Positions 9,306 to 19,197 of a stretch of 64,000 nt of DNA are shown piece after piece (positions within the stretch are counted from its first letter, which is position 1; each line of letters begins with the position of its first letter). The position numbers were made by a program, and so were the translations under genes. Source of the DNA: Bryobacterales bacterium (lineage in GTDB: Bacteria; Acidobacteriota; Terriglobia; Bryobacterales; UBA6623); assembly GCA_965217195.1 (NCBI GenBank), contig CBDCHL010000001.1, forward strand, positions 182,175 to 246,174, in the 5' to 3' direction. The notes below the pieces were generated by a model that was not told the origin of the DNA, did no database searches, and saw only the letters and a list, made by a program, of their open reading frames with translations.

Positions 9306-11468
9306 TCAATAGAACGAACGTCCCGATAATTCTATTCTCGCAAGCTCGGCAACGATGCGATACAACGCTTCGATGTCGTGGGGGTCGGCGACCTCGACCG
9401 GAGTGTGGGCGTAACGCAACGGCCAACTCAGCGGGATGTTCACGGCGCCTCGGGTGACGAAGCGCGATCCGTCGTTGCCGCCGGCCGTTACGCCGTATTG
9501 CACCGGGATGCCCTTGGCGCGCGCCAAGTCAGCGATCGCGCGGACCGCCTGAATCGGGCTGATTCCGCTGTTGTCCATTGCCCGGATCACAAAACCCTCT
9601 CCCAGTTCGGCGAATCCGATGCGCCGGTTCTCGAGCGGTGAATCGGAGCTGACGAAACTGTCGATCGCATAGACGCGTTCGGGTTGCGTCCGGTCGGCCA
9701 CGGCCTTGGCGCCGACCAATCCGGCTTCTTCCTCGACGCTGAAAACGAACCAAACCGGACGCCGCGCCGGCCGAGTTGACGGTTCCGCGGACTCAAACGA
9801 TTGCAGGAGCCGCACGAGCACCGCGCAGCCGACGCGGTCGTCGAGCGAGCGCACGGAGACGCGGCCGCGTGCTAACGCGCGAAAACGCTTGGGAACCGTC
9901 GCTGTCGATCCTGGCTTCACACCCAACTCCGCCGCCTGTTCGGCGGATTCGGCGCCGATATCGATCGTGCCGTGTCGGGTCATGATCCCCGGCAGAGAAC
10001 CCTCGTCACCGTGCACCAGAATCGGGTGGAACGCGAATCTTTGCGCGGCGCCTCCGCCGACCGCATCCGCGGCGAGCGATCCGTCGGAGCGTATACGCGA
10101 GACGCGAAAGCCGATCTCATCCATGTGCGCGATAAAGAGAGCGCGAGGCTTTCCCTCCCCCAACCGGACGATCAGGTTGCCCGCCTCGTCGATGGAGGAT
10201 TGCTTGCGAGCCCAGTCGGGCAGCAGACGGCGAATCGCTTGTCGCACTTCGGCTTCCGCGCCGCTGACCCCGGGGACTTCGACCAACGCACGGATCAATT
10301 CCAACTCCGGCGCGAGAGCTTCCGGCGCCGGCGCCGCTTCCCGCCGGCTGGTCTCGGGGTAATTGCGAGACACGGTCGAGCCGAGAAAGTCCGCCAACCA
10401 ACGGCTCATCCGCTGCAATCGTCCGCGGTCGACGATCTCCACGGGCGTGCCGGCGTTTTCGACGCCCACCGTCAGAAGGGCGCTGTGCTCGGGGCGGGGC
10501 CAAATGTTTTTCTCGCCGAACGGTCCGAGCTCGAGCGATTCGCCGCGGACCTGCAGCAACTCGATACCCGCCTCGACGGCGAGCGCCGTCAGCCGATCCA
10601 CCCATTCCGAGGACCATCCGGCCGCGGCCGCAATACCCGGGCTCTCGCCACCCCCGGGCCTAAAGTAGATGACGCGGTCAGCGTTGGCCCGTCGCAAGAC
10701 GCGCGCCAAGCCGGCATGCTGGAAATACTGCCTGGCGGCAAACGCGAGGGTCACCGCTTCTCGAGGCGGAGACGCCTCGAATTGCCGCGCAAGATCGAGG
10801 AGTATGGCGGCGCCGGCAAGACTCGATATCCATGGTCCGCTCACCCGATTGCCGCCGGCCAACACGAGCAGGTCGCTGTCGAGAACGACCGAGTCGAGTC
10901 GATCCACTCCGGCGCGCAGCACCTCGTCGCGTGAGCGTGCACCGATATCGACATACAAACCGTCGACTCCCGAATGCCCGGGCGACCGCCCGGACTTCTG
11001 GAAATGCACCGAAGGCGCGGCGACGACCCCCTGGACGAGGCCGGCTTTTGCGGTCCGGATCCGCACTGCCTGTCCGACGAAAAACTCGTCGAAATCATAG
11101 TGCGGTTTCGGGTCGGCCGAGCGCTGCAAGCGCAAATAGCCGCTATCGTCGATGTGGGAGACGATGTAACCCGGCCCGTCGAGCCCCGCGATCAGTAACG
11201 TGTGCGGGCTACCCGAGCCGTATCGGGCCGTGAGCGACCCTAGATTGTCGACCGCCGCTCGGGCGCCGACCACGGACTGAATGTAAGTAAGGGCGTCGGC
11301 TTCGTGACCGGAGACTGCGTGCCGACGCGTCAGCACATCGAGGTCGGACGCAAGGCCCGGGCCGGCCGACACCAAGACCACCAGGATCAGGGCGGCCCGG
11401 CATTGGTTCTGAATGGGAGCGGCCGTCGACAACGAGTCCTTCGAATGGGGGGCGAAGCGGCTCCGCAA
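9306..11468 (-). CDS. Tandem-domain M42 (glutamyl aminopeptidase/FrvX/CelM-like) family peptidase with signal peptide
   Basis: The C-terminal half matches M42: VPGVSGAEAEVRQAI..ALFIAHMDEIGFRVS..SLDDRVGC..VFSVEEEAGLVGA..RYAHTPVE. The N-terminal half repeats the fold with metal and catalytic residues replaced. Confidence 0.75.
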   Translation of the reverse strand: MRSRFAPHSKDSLSTAAPIQNQCRAALILVVLVSAGPGLASDLDVLTRRHAVSGHEADALTYIQSVVGARAAVDNLGSLTARYGSGSPHTLLIAGLDGPGYIVSHIDDSGYLRLQRSADPKPHYDFDEFFVGQAVRIRTAKAGLVQGVVAAPSVHFQKSGRSPGHSGVDGLYVDIGARSRDEVLRAGVDRLDSVVLDSDLLVLAGGNRVSGPWISSLAGAAILLDLARQFEASPPREAVTLAFAARQYFQHAGLARVLRRANADRVIYFRPGGGESPGIAAAAGWSSEWVDRLTALAVEAGIELLQVRGESLELGPFGEKNIWPRPEHSALLTVGVENAGTPVEIVDRGRLQRMSRWLADFLGSTVSRNYPETSRREAAPAPEALAPELELIRALVEVPGVSGAEAEVRQAIRRLLPDWARKQSSIDEAGNLIVRLGEGKPRALFIAHMDEIGFRVSRIRSDGSLAADAVGGGAAQRFAFHPILVHGDEGSLPGIMTRHGTIDIGAESAEQAAELGVKPGSTATVPKRFRALARGRVSVRSLDDRVGCAVLVRLLQSFESAEPSTRPARRPVWFVFSVEEEAGLVGAKAVADRTQPERVYAIDSFVSSDSPLENRRIGFAELGEGFVIRAMDNSGISPIQAVRAIADLARAKGIPVQYGVTAGGNDGSRFVTRGAVNIPLSWPLRYAHTPVEVADPHDIEALYRIVAELARIELSGRSFY

Positions 11469-11493
11469 AAAGAATCAATCGGCGCCGGTTGGT

Positions 11494-13437
11494 CTAATCC
11501 TTCGTGTCCTTTGTATCAATCAGGCCGCGCACTCGACCGATGAACTCGTCGACGCCGGCAGAACCTTCCGTGCCACGCTTGCGATGTCGTACCGCCACCG
11601 TGCCGGATTCAGCTTCACGTTCCCCAACAACCAACATGTAGGGAATTTTTTGTAGTTGGGCTTCGCGGATTTTGAAGTTAACCTTCTCGCTGCGGGCGTC
11701 GAGCTCGTTGCGTATGCCGGCAGCTTCGAGCTGCTCGCGCACTTGTTCGGCAAAGCCGTTCTGCCGATCGGTGATTGGCAGAACAATCACCTGCACCGGC
11801 GCCAACCACAATGGAAACGCTCCGGCGTAATGTTCGATCAAGACACCGAAGAAGCGCTCCACGGAACCCCACAGCGCGCGATGAACCATCACCGGCCGAT
11901 GCGCTTTGCCGTCCTCGGCGATGTACTCCAGCTCAAAGCGCCGCGGCAAATTGAAGTCAAACTGCACTGTCGAAAGCTGCCAGGGCCTGCCGATGGCGTC
12001 GACCAGCTTGACGTCGATCTTCGGACCGTAAAAGGCTGCTTCGTCGGGCATGACCTTGGCGTCGATCTCGCGTTCCTTGAGGGCGCTGAAGAGCCCGTCT
12101 TCCGCCATCTTCCATTCCTCGGGCGACCCGGCATATTTGTCGCTCTCTCCGCCGTCCCAAGTTGACAGCTCGACTTCGAAGTTGTCGAACCCGAAGGTCT
12201 TTAGAACGTCGAGCGCGAAGTCCACGCACCCGACGACTTCGTCTTTTACCTGATCGGGCGTACAGAAGATGTGGGCGTCGTCTTGCGTGAATCCTCGCAC
12301 CCGCAGCAGCCCGTGCATCACGCCCGAGCGCTCGTAGCGGTAGACGGTACCCAACTCGCCCAAGCGCACCGGCAGGTCGCGGTAACTGCGCAGACCGTTC
12401 TTGTAAATCAAGATGTGGAAGGGGCAGTTCATCGGCTTGAGCTGGTAGTCGGAATCATCCAGCTTCATCGTCGAGAACATGTAGTCGGAGTAGAAGTCGG
12501 CGTGTCCGGAGGTGCGCCAAAGATCATGCCGCGCGACGTGCGGCGTGTAGACCAATCCGTAACCGCGCGCGACGTATTGCTCGCGCAGCCAATCTTCCAT
12601 CAGACGCCGGATCATGCCTCCCTTGGGGTGCCAGAAGATCAGACCCGGCCCGGCTTCTTCCTGAATGCTGAACAGGTCGAGCTGCTTGCCGAGCTTGCGG
12701 TGATCGCGCTTCTTGGCCTCTTCGAGCCGGTGAAGATAGGCAGCGAGATCCTTCTTGTTGAAAAACGACGTGCCGTAGATCCGCTGCAGTTTCTGGTTTC
12801 GTTCATCGCCCTTCCAATAGGCCCCCGCGACGGAGAGCAGTTTGAAGGCCTTGATGCGACCCATGCTCGGAATGTGGGGACCTCGGCAGAAGTCGAGAAA
12901 TTGATCGCCGGTCTTATAGACCGAGATCTTGTCACTATCGGTCTTCTCTTCGATCAACTCACACTTCATGCTCTCGCCGGCCTCGCGATACTTCGCGAGC
13001 GTTTCCTCGCGCGGAAGCCAGACGCGGTAGTTTTCCGCGCCTCGCGCGACGATCTCGCGCATGCGCGCCTCGATTTTTTCAAGATCGTCGGGCGTGAACG
13101 GCTCTTCGCGCTGGAAGTCGTAGAAGAATCCCTGCTCGGTGGGCGGGCCGATCCCGAGCTTCGTCTCGGGATGGAGCTCCAAGACGGCCGCCGCCAACAG
13201 GTGGGCGCTCGAGTGGCGGTAGACTTCGAGGCTTTCGGGGTCCCGCTCCGTGAGGATTCTTAACGAACCGTCGTGGTCGATTGGCTGAGCGAGGTCGACG
13301 ATGTCGTCGTTTAGCTGAGCGGCCAGCGCGGCTCGGGCAAGCTTCGGGCCGATCGACTCCGCAACGGTACGGGCGGTTGTGCCCTTTTCGACCGTCTGCT
13401 CGGTACCGTCCGGCAGGGTGACCAGAATCGATTCCAT
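11494..13437 (-). CDS. thrS: Threonine--tRNA ligase
   Basis: Start moved to ATG 13437 (MESILVTLPDGTEQTV, TGS domain). Also has HSSAHLLA (editing domain), class II motifs (..FRGPHIP-like CRGPHIP, ..GFTQDDAHIF..) and an anticodon-binding C-terminus. Confidence 0.95.
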   Translation of the reverse strand: MESILVTLPDGTEQTVEKGTTARTVAESIGPKLARAALAAQLNDDIVDLAQPIDHDGSLRILTERDPESLEVYRHSSAHLLAAAVLELHPETKLGIGPPTEQGFFYDFQREEPFTPDDLEKIEARMREIVARGAENYRVWLPREETLAKYREAGESMKCELIEEKTDSDKISVYKTGDQFLDFCRGPHIPSMGRIKAFKLLSVAGAYWKGDERNQKLQRIYGTSFFNKKDLAAYLHRLEEAKKRDHRKLGKQLDLFSIQEEAGPGLIFWHPKGGMIRRLMEDWLREQYVARGYGLVYTPHVARHDLWRTSGHADFYSDYMFSTMKLDDSDYQLKPMNCPFHILIYKNGLRSYRDLPVRLGELGTVYRYERSGVMHGLLRVRGFTQDDAHIFCTPDQVKDEVVGCVDFALDVLKTFGFDNFEVELSTWDGGESDKYAGSPEEWKMAEDGLFSALKEREIDAKVMPDEAAFYGPKIDVKLVDAIGRPWQLSTVQFDFNLPRRFELEYIAEDGKAHRPVMVHRALWGSVERFFGVLIEHYAGAFPLWLAPVQVIVLPITDRQNGFAEQVREQLEAAGIRNELDARSEKVNFKIREAQLQKIPYMLVVGEREAESGTVAVRHRKRGTEGSAGVDEFIGRVRGLIDTKDTKD

Positions 13438-13486
13438 CGTCGTTGCGATCTCCCTCTGGAAAGGAACAAGGCGCCCGTGCCGGGCT

Positions 13487-13807
13487 TCAGGTCTTCGTAG
13501 GGGTGGATGTCGGCTTGGCCTCGGAAGATGCGCCAGCGGCCTTATCGGACTTCTCGGCTTTTTCGGTTTTTTCGGCTTTCTTCTCTCCGCCGTCCCCGTC
13601 CTTGTTGGCGTCCTTCGATCCGTCCGACTTTTTCGCATAGTCGGTAACGTACCAGCCCGTCCCTTTGAACTGAATCGCGGGAGCAGAGAGCAATTTTCGC
13701 AATTCGCCTCCGCACTCCTCGTGCTCAGTCAGCGGCGGATCAGAGAACTTGCGAATCTCCTCGAAGCGCTTCCCGCACTGTAAACATTCGTACTCGTACA
13801 AGGGCAT
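13487..13807 (-). CDS. FmdB-family zinc-ribbon protein (CxxC_CxxC_SSSS) with Lys/Glu/Asp-rich tail
   Basis: MPLYEYECLQCGKRFEEI...HEECGGELRKLLSAPAIQFKGTGWYVTDY is the canonical family signature. Confidence 0.85.
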   Translation of the reverse strand: MPLYEYECLQCGKRFEEIRKFSDPPLTEHEECGGELRKLLSAPAIQFKGTGWYVTDYAKKSDGSKDANKDGDGGEKKAEKTEKAEKSDKAAGASSEAKPTSTPTKT

Positions 13808-14345
13808 GGCAAGCCGTCTTGGGTGTGGGACGACCCCGACCGAGGCCGAAACTTCAGTATATCAGGGGTAAAGTTTCGGACCTGAGAACCGAACACCAGC
13901 TCGGTTTCGCTATCCGCGTGTCACTTAGAGCCCGGGCCCCACGCGACACGATACCCCAAGATCGAGCTGATTCTCCAGTCGCTTCGGGAGAGGCTCGATG
14001 TGGATGAACCCCCGACAGTAAAGAGATAAACAGAGGATAGGCTACTATTGTTTTTTTGTCGAGGCCTTCATTTCGAGTGACAGCACTTCCAAAAATACGA
14101 GAACCTGTTGAGCGACCCAATTCAAGCGATGACGAAAGTTGCCGAGGATCGTGGGATCGATTGGTCTCAGTCTTTGCACGATCCACGATCAATGACCCCA
14201 AGTTCGTGTCTCCCAAGGAAGCAGCAAAGTGGGTTAGCCCCAATGAGCCCGGAATTTCTGATTTGGACGTCCGGCTCGCGCAGAATGCACACTTGCTCTC
14301 CGTAACACAAGAAATTTTTCGCCCGACGGCAGTTCCGAGGTGGGT

Positions 14346-14868
14346 CGGTGATGGTCGCTGTTGAGAAACGCGGGAAGCGTTCCGGGCGCGTTCGCATGTC
14401 CGTTATTCCAGACTTCAAGAAGGTGACGATCGACAGGTTTCTTGCCCAGAACGTTGTTCCCGGCTCGACCATCTACACGGACGGTCTGAAGACCTTTACC
14501 GCCCTCGAAGAGGCCGGCTACAAACACATCTCTCGTCCGCAACCTCACCGGACTGACTTGCGGAAAGGCGCCAAGTCGGTGGTGCCGCTGGCGGATCGTG
14601 CCATTGGCAACCTGCAACAATGGCTGACCGGAACGTACCACGGCGTGAGCCGCGCTCAGCTCCAGGTTTACCTCGATGAGTTCGTGTTTCGACACAACCG
14701 CCGCAAGACCCCAATGGCAGCTTTCCAAACCCTCCTCGGTCTGGGAACCCAACACGCTCCTACGCCTTACGCCCACATCCGCCGCGCGCGTGATCTGGAC
14801 AAGACGCGATGACCTCCACCCCAACATCTAGTACCTTGCTGAAACAACCGGATAAGCAGGAGGTAGCT
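14346..14868 (+). mobile_element. 5'-truncated IS1595-family element (3' 523 bp only; carries the C-terminal transposase ORF 14348..14812)
   Basis: Near-identical to 29438..29960 of the full copy, including the right terminal sequence ..tagtaccttgctgaaacaaccggataagcaggaggtagc. Homology starts abruptly at about 14346. Confidence 0.85.
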
Positions 14869-15044
14869 AGGGCGGATCCACAAGGCCGTGTGCCACATTA
14901 CCTCGCTGAAGGGGCGTGTCCGGATTTCCGTTGAAACTCGCGGCTCTCCGGTGGATCTAGTTTACGCCGCTTTGGACGTTGGCGAGGAGGTTCCCCGCCG
15001 TTTTTCAAGCAGCTCCAATAACTTCGGCAAATCCTTATAACCCT

Positions 15045-15530
15045 TCACGCGGCGAAAGTTCTTTTCGCCACCCACAACGCCGAGCCGACCCAGCGTTCAA
15101 TGTGGTCGCCTCGTTGCCAACACTTCACCCGCGAACAAATCCTCTCCACCACCGAAAACGCCGACTCGATCGGATTCGTTGTGCTGAAGGTCCGGCGCAG
15201 CTGCGGCGACAACGGCAGCCCGTGCACGGTCAAGGTCTCCTCCATCCCTTCGGCCAACGAGTGCGCTGCCGAGGGGTTCAGCTCCATCAACTCGCGATGC
15301 ACTTGCTCCCACGCTCGCTTCGCATCGGCCGTGCTCGTCATCTGATAGGCGTTGGCCAACTTGCGATCGATCGATTCTCGATACTCGTCGGGCAAGTGCG
15401 CCGCCACGTTGCGCCGCTTGTGAATTGGACAGCGCTGGATCAACGCCGCCTTCCCGGCCTGTTTCTTCAGCGCTTTCCCGAGCGCCTTCTGCTCGAGGTC
15501 AGCCAATAATTCGCCGCGTTTGTTCGTGGA
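15045..15530 (-). pseudogene. IS256-family (mutator-type) transposase, C-terminal fragment
   Basis: ..AALIQRCPIHKRRNVAAHLP...RTFSTTNPIESAFSVVERI.. is the conserved IS256 C-terminal pattern (QRC.vHK.RNv, TTN.iES). The N-terminal roughly 250 aa are missing. The listed ORF 15045..16112 extends artificially across pyrD. Confidence 0.75.
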
Positions 15531-15577
15531 GGTCGGGTTTCGTGTGGAGGGTCGGGTTGTGCGGAGGCTCGTCATGC

Positions 15578-16498
15578 TTACTCGCTCATATCGAGGCTTC
15601 CGATGAGCTCGCGGGCCGCGGCGATGTCGTGGATTTCGAGGAACTCTTGGAATTCCCCGACGAGGCGGGCCGGGCGTTCGGGGTCCCAGAAGGTTGCGGT
15701 GCCGACTTGCACCGCCACAGCGCCGGCTTCGAGGAACTCGGCCACCTCTTCTCCGTCGGCAATGCCGCCGAGGCCAATGACGGGGATGTTCACAGCCTGG
15801 GCCACTTGGTAGACCATCCGCAGCGCTAGGGGCTTGATGGCCGGGCCGGACAGGCCTCCGAATTTCGCGCCGAGTAGAGGCTTGCGTGTCGCGGGGTCGA
15901 TCACTAACCCGAGAAAGGTGTTGACCAGTGAGACGGCATCGGCCCCGGCCTGTTCGGCGGCAACCGCCATGGCCGCGATGTCGGTGACGTTGGGCGAGAG
16001 CTTGACGATCAGGGGCCGGCGACGGGCGGCTTGTTTCGAGACGGTGACGACTTCGGAAAGCAGTTGCGGGTCGGCGCCGAATTGGAGTCCGCCGTGTTTG
16101 GTGTTGGGGCACGAGACGTTCAGTTCGTATCCGGCCAAGCCTTCGGCGTCTTCGAGTACGCGGATCACCTCGACGTAGTCTTCGGGTTCATAACCGAAAA
16201 CGTTGGCGAAGACGGCGGTGTCGATGCCGGCGAGTTTCGGCAATTTCTCGTCGACGAAGGCGTGTACGCCTACGTTCTGCAGGCCGATCGAGTTCAGCAT
16301 CCCGGATGCGGTTTCGACGACTCGCGGCGGGGCGTTGCCGGCGATCGGTTCTCTTGACAGACCCTTAACGACGAAACCGCCTAGGGCGTTGAGATCGAGG
16401 ATTTTCTCGAACTCGAGCCCATAGCCGAACGTCCCGCTTGCGGCGATGATCGGGTTCTTGAGAGTGAGCCCACAAAAGGATGTTTCGAGGTTGGGCAC
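15578..16498 (-). CDS. pyrD: Dihydroorotate dehydrogenase, class 1 catalytic subunit
   Basis: LKNPIIAASGTFGYG..GFVVKG..NSIGLQN..ELNVSCPN (Cys base, class 1)..KLSPNV..GGLSGPAIKP..IGLGGI. No pyrK is adjacent. Confidence 0.9.
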   Translation of the reverse strand: MPNLETSFCGLTLKNPIIAASGTFGYGLEFEKILDLNALGGFVVKGLSREPIAGNAPPRVVETASGMLNSIGLQNVGVHAFVDEKLPKLAGIDTAVFANVFGYEPEDYVEVIRVLEDAEGLAGYELNVSCPNTKHGGLQFGADPQLLSEVVTVSKQAARRRPLIVKLSPNVTDIAAMAVAAEQAGADAVSLVNTFLGLVIDPATRKPLLGAKFGGLSGPAIKPLALRMVYQVAQAVNIPVIGLGGIADGEEVAEFLEAGAVAVQVGTATFWDPERPARLVGEFQEFLEIHDIAAARELIGSLDMSE

Positions 16499-16501
16499 GA
16501 G

Positions 16502-18115
16502 TTATTCCGGGGTCGGGGGACCCACCAGGGCGCTTCCTTTCCCGCCGGTTTCGAGGACCTGGTGCAAGACAGGAACTCGCGCAAGCGAAGGGGCAGCGAT
16601 TTCGAGAACCGCGGAGATGGTCGGGGCGATCGAAGCGGCGTCGGCCGGTTCGGTAAAGCGTCCCCGGTTGAAACCCTTGCCGAGGAAGATCAGCGGGACG
16701 TCGGCGTCATAGGGGTAGGGCGAGCCGGAACTCGTGCCGCGCCCCTCGGCGAAGTCTTCGACGAAATAGGGTTCGTAGGCCAACAGCAGATCACCGGTGC
16801 GGCCGGCATGCCGGGATCTCTCGAACGGCACGCGCAAGCCGGCGGGGACGGCGCCGAGGCCCGGCGCGAGATAGCCCGCGACCCCCTCGACCGAAAGGGC
16901 GGCTTTTCCGGCGGCTTCGAGGGCCCCGCGACGTTGAGCGGCCGGTAGCCCGGCGGCTTTGGCGTTCAGGTAAAGCGAGGGGTAGATGTACTTTTCGACG
17001 AAAAGGTCCGGCCCAAACCTTTCGGCCAGGGCGCGGTCGACGGCCGCGACGATCTGTTCCCCGTTGACGCGTCCGGCGGACAACCCGGCGGCTTGCGCGG
17101 CTTCGGGCGAGGGGGGAGTGCCGTGCAGCGCGGTGAAGACGAGGCTGGTGCGATCGAGCCCGACCTGCTCGTCGAGATAGTCGAGGAACCCGCCGAGCGC
17201 GCGGTCGAGCTGCAGAACCATGTCGCGCATCAGCGGCGAAAACGCCCCGGTTTCGCGCGCCAAATAAGCCGGGGCGCCGACGTGGACGATCAGCAGGTCA
17301 GCGTAGCTGCGCCCACCAAGATTCTCGGCCTCGACAGCCCGCCGAGCCAGCGCGAAAACGTCATCCGCGGCAAGGGGCGAGGCGCGGTAGAGGGCGAGGA
17401 ATTCCTTGAATCTCTTGCGGTCGAGGCTGCCGAGGATTCGCAGCGGCGGGGCGCTTGGATCCGCACCGATCGCCCTCCAGGCCGCTCCCAAATGACGCAG
17501 CGGTGGCGTGGCTTGGTTGAACGCCTCCACCCACGGTGCTGTTTCCGAACTGGAGTAACGGGCGGAGGTGAAGCGCGCCTCGTTGTTCATCCAATAGCAG
17601 GCGTCGGGCTTTCGGCCCGCCAATAGCACGACGGGAGCGGCGTGGTCAGACACCGCCACGACGCGCGAACGGCCTGCGGTGGCCAGCTTCAGCTCGTCGG
17701 CCGGCGTGGAACCGATCAATCGGCGCGGCGAGATGCCTCCGGGGGTTCCAACCTCGACAGCGTCGACGACCTTTTTCTCCACGCGGTCGTACCAGCGGTT
17801 GCCGACAATTCCGTTGTGTTCCGGGTAGGCGCCGGTGGCGAGCACGGCGGCGTTGGGGGCGGCCAGGGTCGCAAGATGATCGAAGCGACAGCGCGGGAAA
17901 ACGGCCCCTTCACGCAGCAGGCGCCCGAAGCCGTTGTCTGAGAACCCGGCGCGATAGAGTTCGAGATAGTCGGCGCGAAATTGTTCGAAGACGACGAGAA
18001 CCAACAAATGAGGGCGTTCGGCGAAGAGCTTGGCGGGCAGCGCAAGCGCAATAACAACGACCGGCAGCAGGGAGATCGATTTGACCGGAAACCGGCGTCC
18101 GCTCAGGCGCAGCAC
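16502..18115 (-). CDS. Alkaline phosphatase superfamily protein (nucleotide pyrophosphatase/phosphodiesterase-like), secreted
   Basis: Signal/TM at the N-terminus, then LLVLVVFEQFRADYL..LATLAAPNAAVLATGAYPEHNGIVGNRWYD, typical of type I phosphodiesterase/AP-family enzymes. Confidence 0.7.
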   Translation of the reverse strand: MLRLSGRRFPVKSISLLPVVVIALALPAKLFAERPHLLVLVVFEQFRADYLELYRAGFSDNGFGRLLREGAVFPRCRFDHLATLAAPNAAVLATGAYPEHNGIVGNRWYDRVEKKVVDAVEVGTPGGISPRRLIGSTPADELKLATAGRSRVVAVSDHAAPVVLLAGRKPDACYWMNNEARFTSARYSSSETAPWVEAFNQATPPLRHLGAAWRAIGADPSAPPLRILGSLDRKRFKEFLALYRASPLAADDVFALARRAVEAENLGGRSYADLLIVHVGAPAYLARETGAFSPLMRDMVLQLDRALGGFLDYLDEQVGLDRTSLVFTALHGTPPSPEAAQAAGLSAGRVNGEQIVAAVDRALAERFGPDLFVEKYIYPSLYLNAKAAGLPAAQRRGALEAAGKAALSVEGVAGYLAPGLGAVPAGLRVPFERSRHAGRTGDLLLAYEPYFVEDFAEGRGTSSGSPYPYDADVPLIFLGKGFNRGRFTEPADAASIAPTISAVLEIAAPSLARVPVLHQVLETGGKGSALVGPPTPE

Positions 18116-18174
18116 CAGTGCTAGATTAACAGAAAGCCGGCGGCGAACTCGCGGGCGGCTCGCATGTGTAACCC

Positions 18175-19176
18175 GTGGCGCGCGTTCTGGTGATCGGCGG
18201 AACCCTCTTTATCGGACGGGCGTTGGTGCGCCGCTTGCTCGCGCGCGGCGACGAGGTGACGATCCTGCATCGCGCGGAGACGACCCCGTTCGGCGACCGC
18301 GTCTCTTCGATTCGTTGTGACCGTAATGACGTAGACGGGGTCCGTCGCGTGCTTAGGGGACGAGGTTTCGGCGTCATCTACGACAACGTCTACGATTGGC
18401 AGCGCGGTACGACAGCCGAACAGGTGACAGCCGCGGCCTTGGCTTGCGAGGGCCTCAAGCGTTATGTATTCACGTCGAGCGTGGCGGCCTACGGGGACGT
18501 TGACGAGGCGGATGAAGACGCGCCGTTGGCGGCTGCCGATCATCCCGACGATTACGTCCGCAATAAGGCCGAGAGCGAACGCGCGCTGTTGCGTCTCCAC
18601 GCCGAAAACGGTTTGCCGGCGGTTAGTTTGCGGCCTCCTTATATATATGGTCCCGAGAATCCGTTCTATCGAGAGGCTTTCTTCTGGGACCGCCTGCTTG
18701 TGCCGCGGCCGATTATCGTTCCCGGGGACGGCTCGCGCTTGATGGGGTTTATTCACGCGGATGATTTCGCGCGGGCGTCGATCTTGGCGGCGGAGTCGGA
18801 GCGGGCCGCGGGGCGTGCGTACAACATTGCCCACGCGCATCCGGTGACACAGGAAGAGCTGGTACGGACGTTGGCGCGCGTCGCGGGCGTCGAGCCCCGG
18901 TTGGTTTTCGTGCCGCGAGAGACGTTGACAGCTCGGGGTGGTCGAGTTTTCGAGCCGCCGTACTATTTTGGACAGTACTTCGATATGCCGGCGATTGTGC
19001 AGAAGACCGACCGCGCGCGTGACGAGTTGGGATTTGAGGCGCGGGATTTCGAAGAGGGGCTTGCCGATAGCTTCGAGTGGTATCGCCGCGAGGGCGTGCG
19101 AAAAGAGCCCGATGTCTCGTGGGAAGACGAGCTGCTTGGGTCGTTGGAGCGGAGCCAGCCCCAGCTCCTTCCATGA
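18175..19176 (+). CDS. NAD(P)-binding SDR-family epimerase/dehydratase-like protein
   Basis: GTG start; VLVIGGTLFIGRALVRRLLARGDEVTILHR Rossmann motif; ..YVFTSSVAAYG... The 387-aa minus ORF 18121..19284 is its antisense shadow. Confidence 0.75.
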   Translation: MARVLVIGGTLFIGRALVRRLLARGDEVTILHRAETTPFGDRVSSIRCDRNDVDGVRRVLRGRGFGVIYDNVYDWQRGTTAEQVTAAALACEGLKRYVFTSSVAAYGDVDEADEDAPLAAADHPDDYVRNKAESERALLRLHAENGLPAVSLRPPYIYGPENPFYREAFFWDRLLVPRPIIVPGDGSRLMGFIHADDFARASILAAESERAAGRAYNIAHAHPVTQEELVRTLARVAGVEPRLVFVPRETLTARGGRVFEPPYYFGQYFDMPAIVQKTDRARDELGFEARDFEEGLADSFEWYRREGVRKEPDVSWEDELLGSLERSQPQLLP

Positions 19177-19197
19177 ACGCGCCGCATTCATGAAACC

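Noticed and set aside
13854-14345. ORFs 13854..14243 - and 14056..14364 + in the low-GC stretch left of the IS1595 remnant, including a 9-bp-stem hairpin CCGAAACTT..AAGTTTCGG at about 13847-13880.
   Set aside because: There are no family motifs and the ORFs mutually overlap. The hairpin has no U-tract or clear context. The stretch is treated as degraded intergenic or foreign DNA.
15530-16112. Upstream 190 codons of minus ORF 15045..16112, which would make a 355-aa protein.
   Set aside because: That part overlaps pyrD out of frame and is Arg/Pro-rich nonsense. Only the C-terminal 160 aa or so are IS256-transposase-like.
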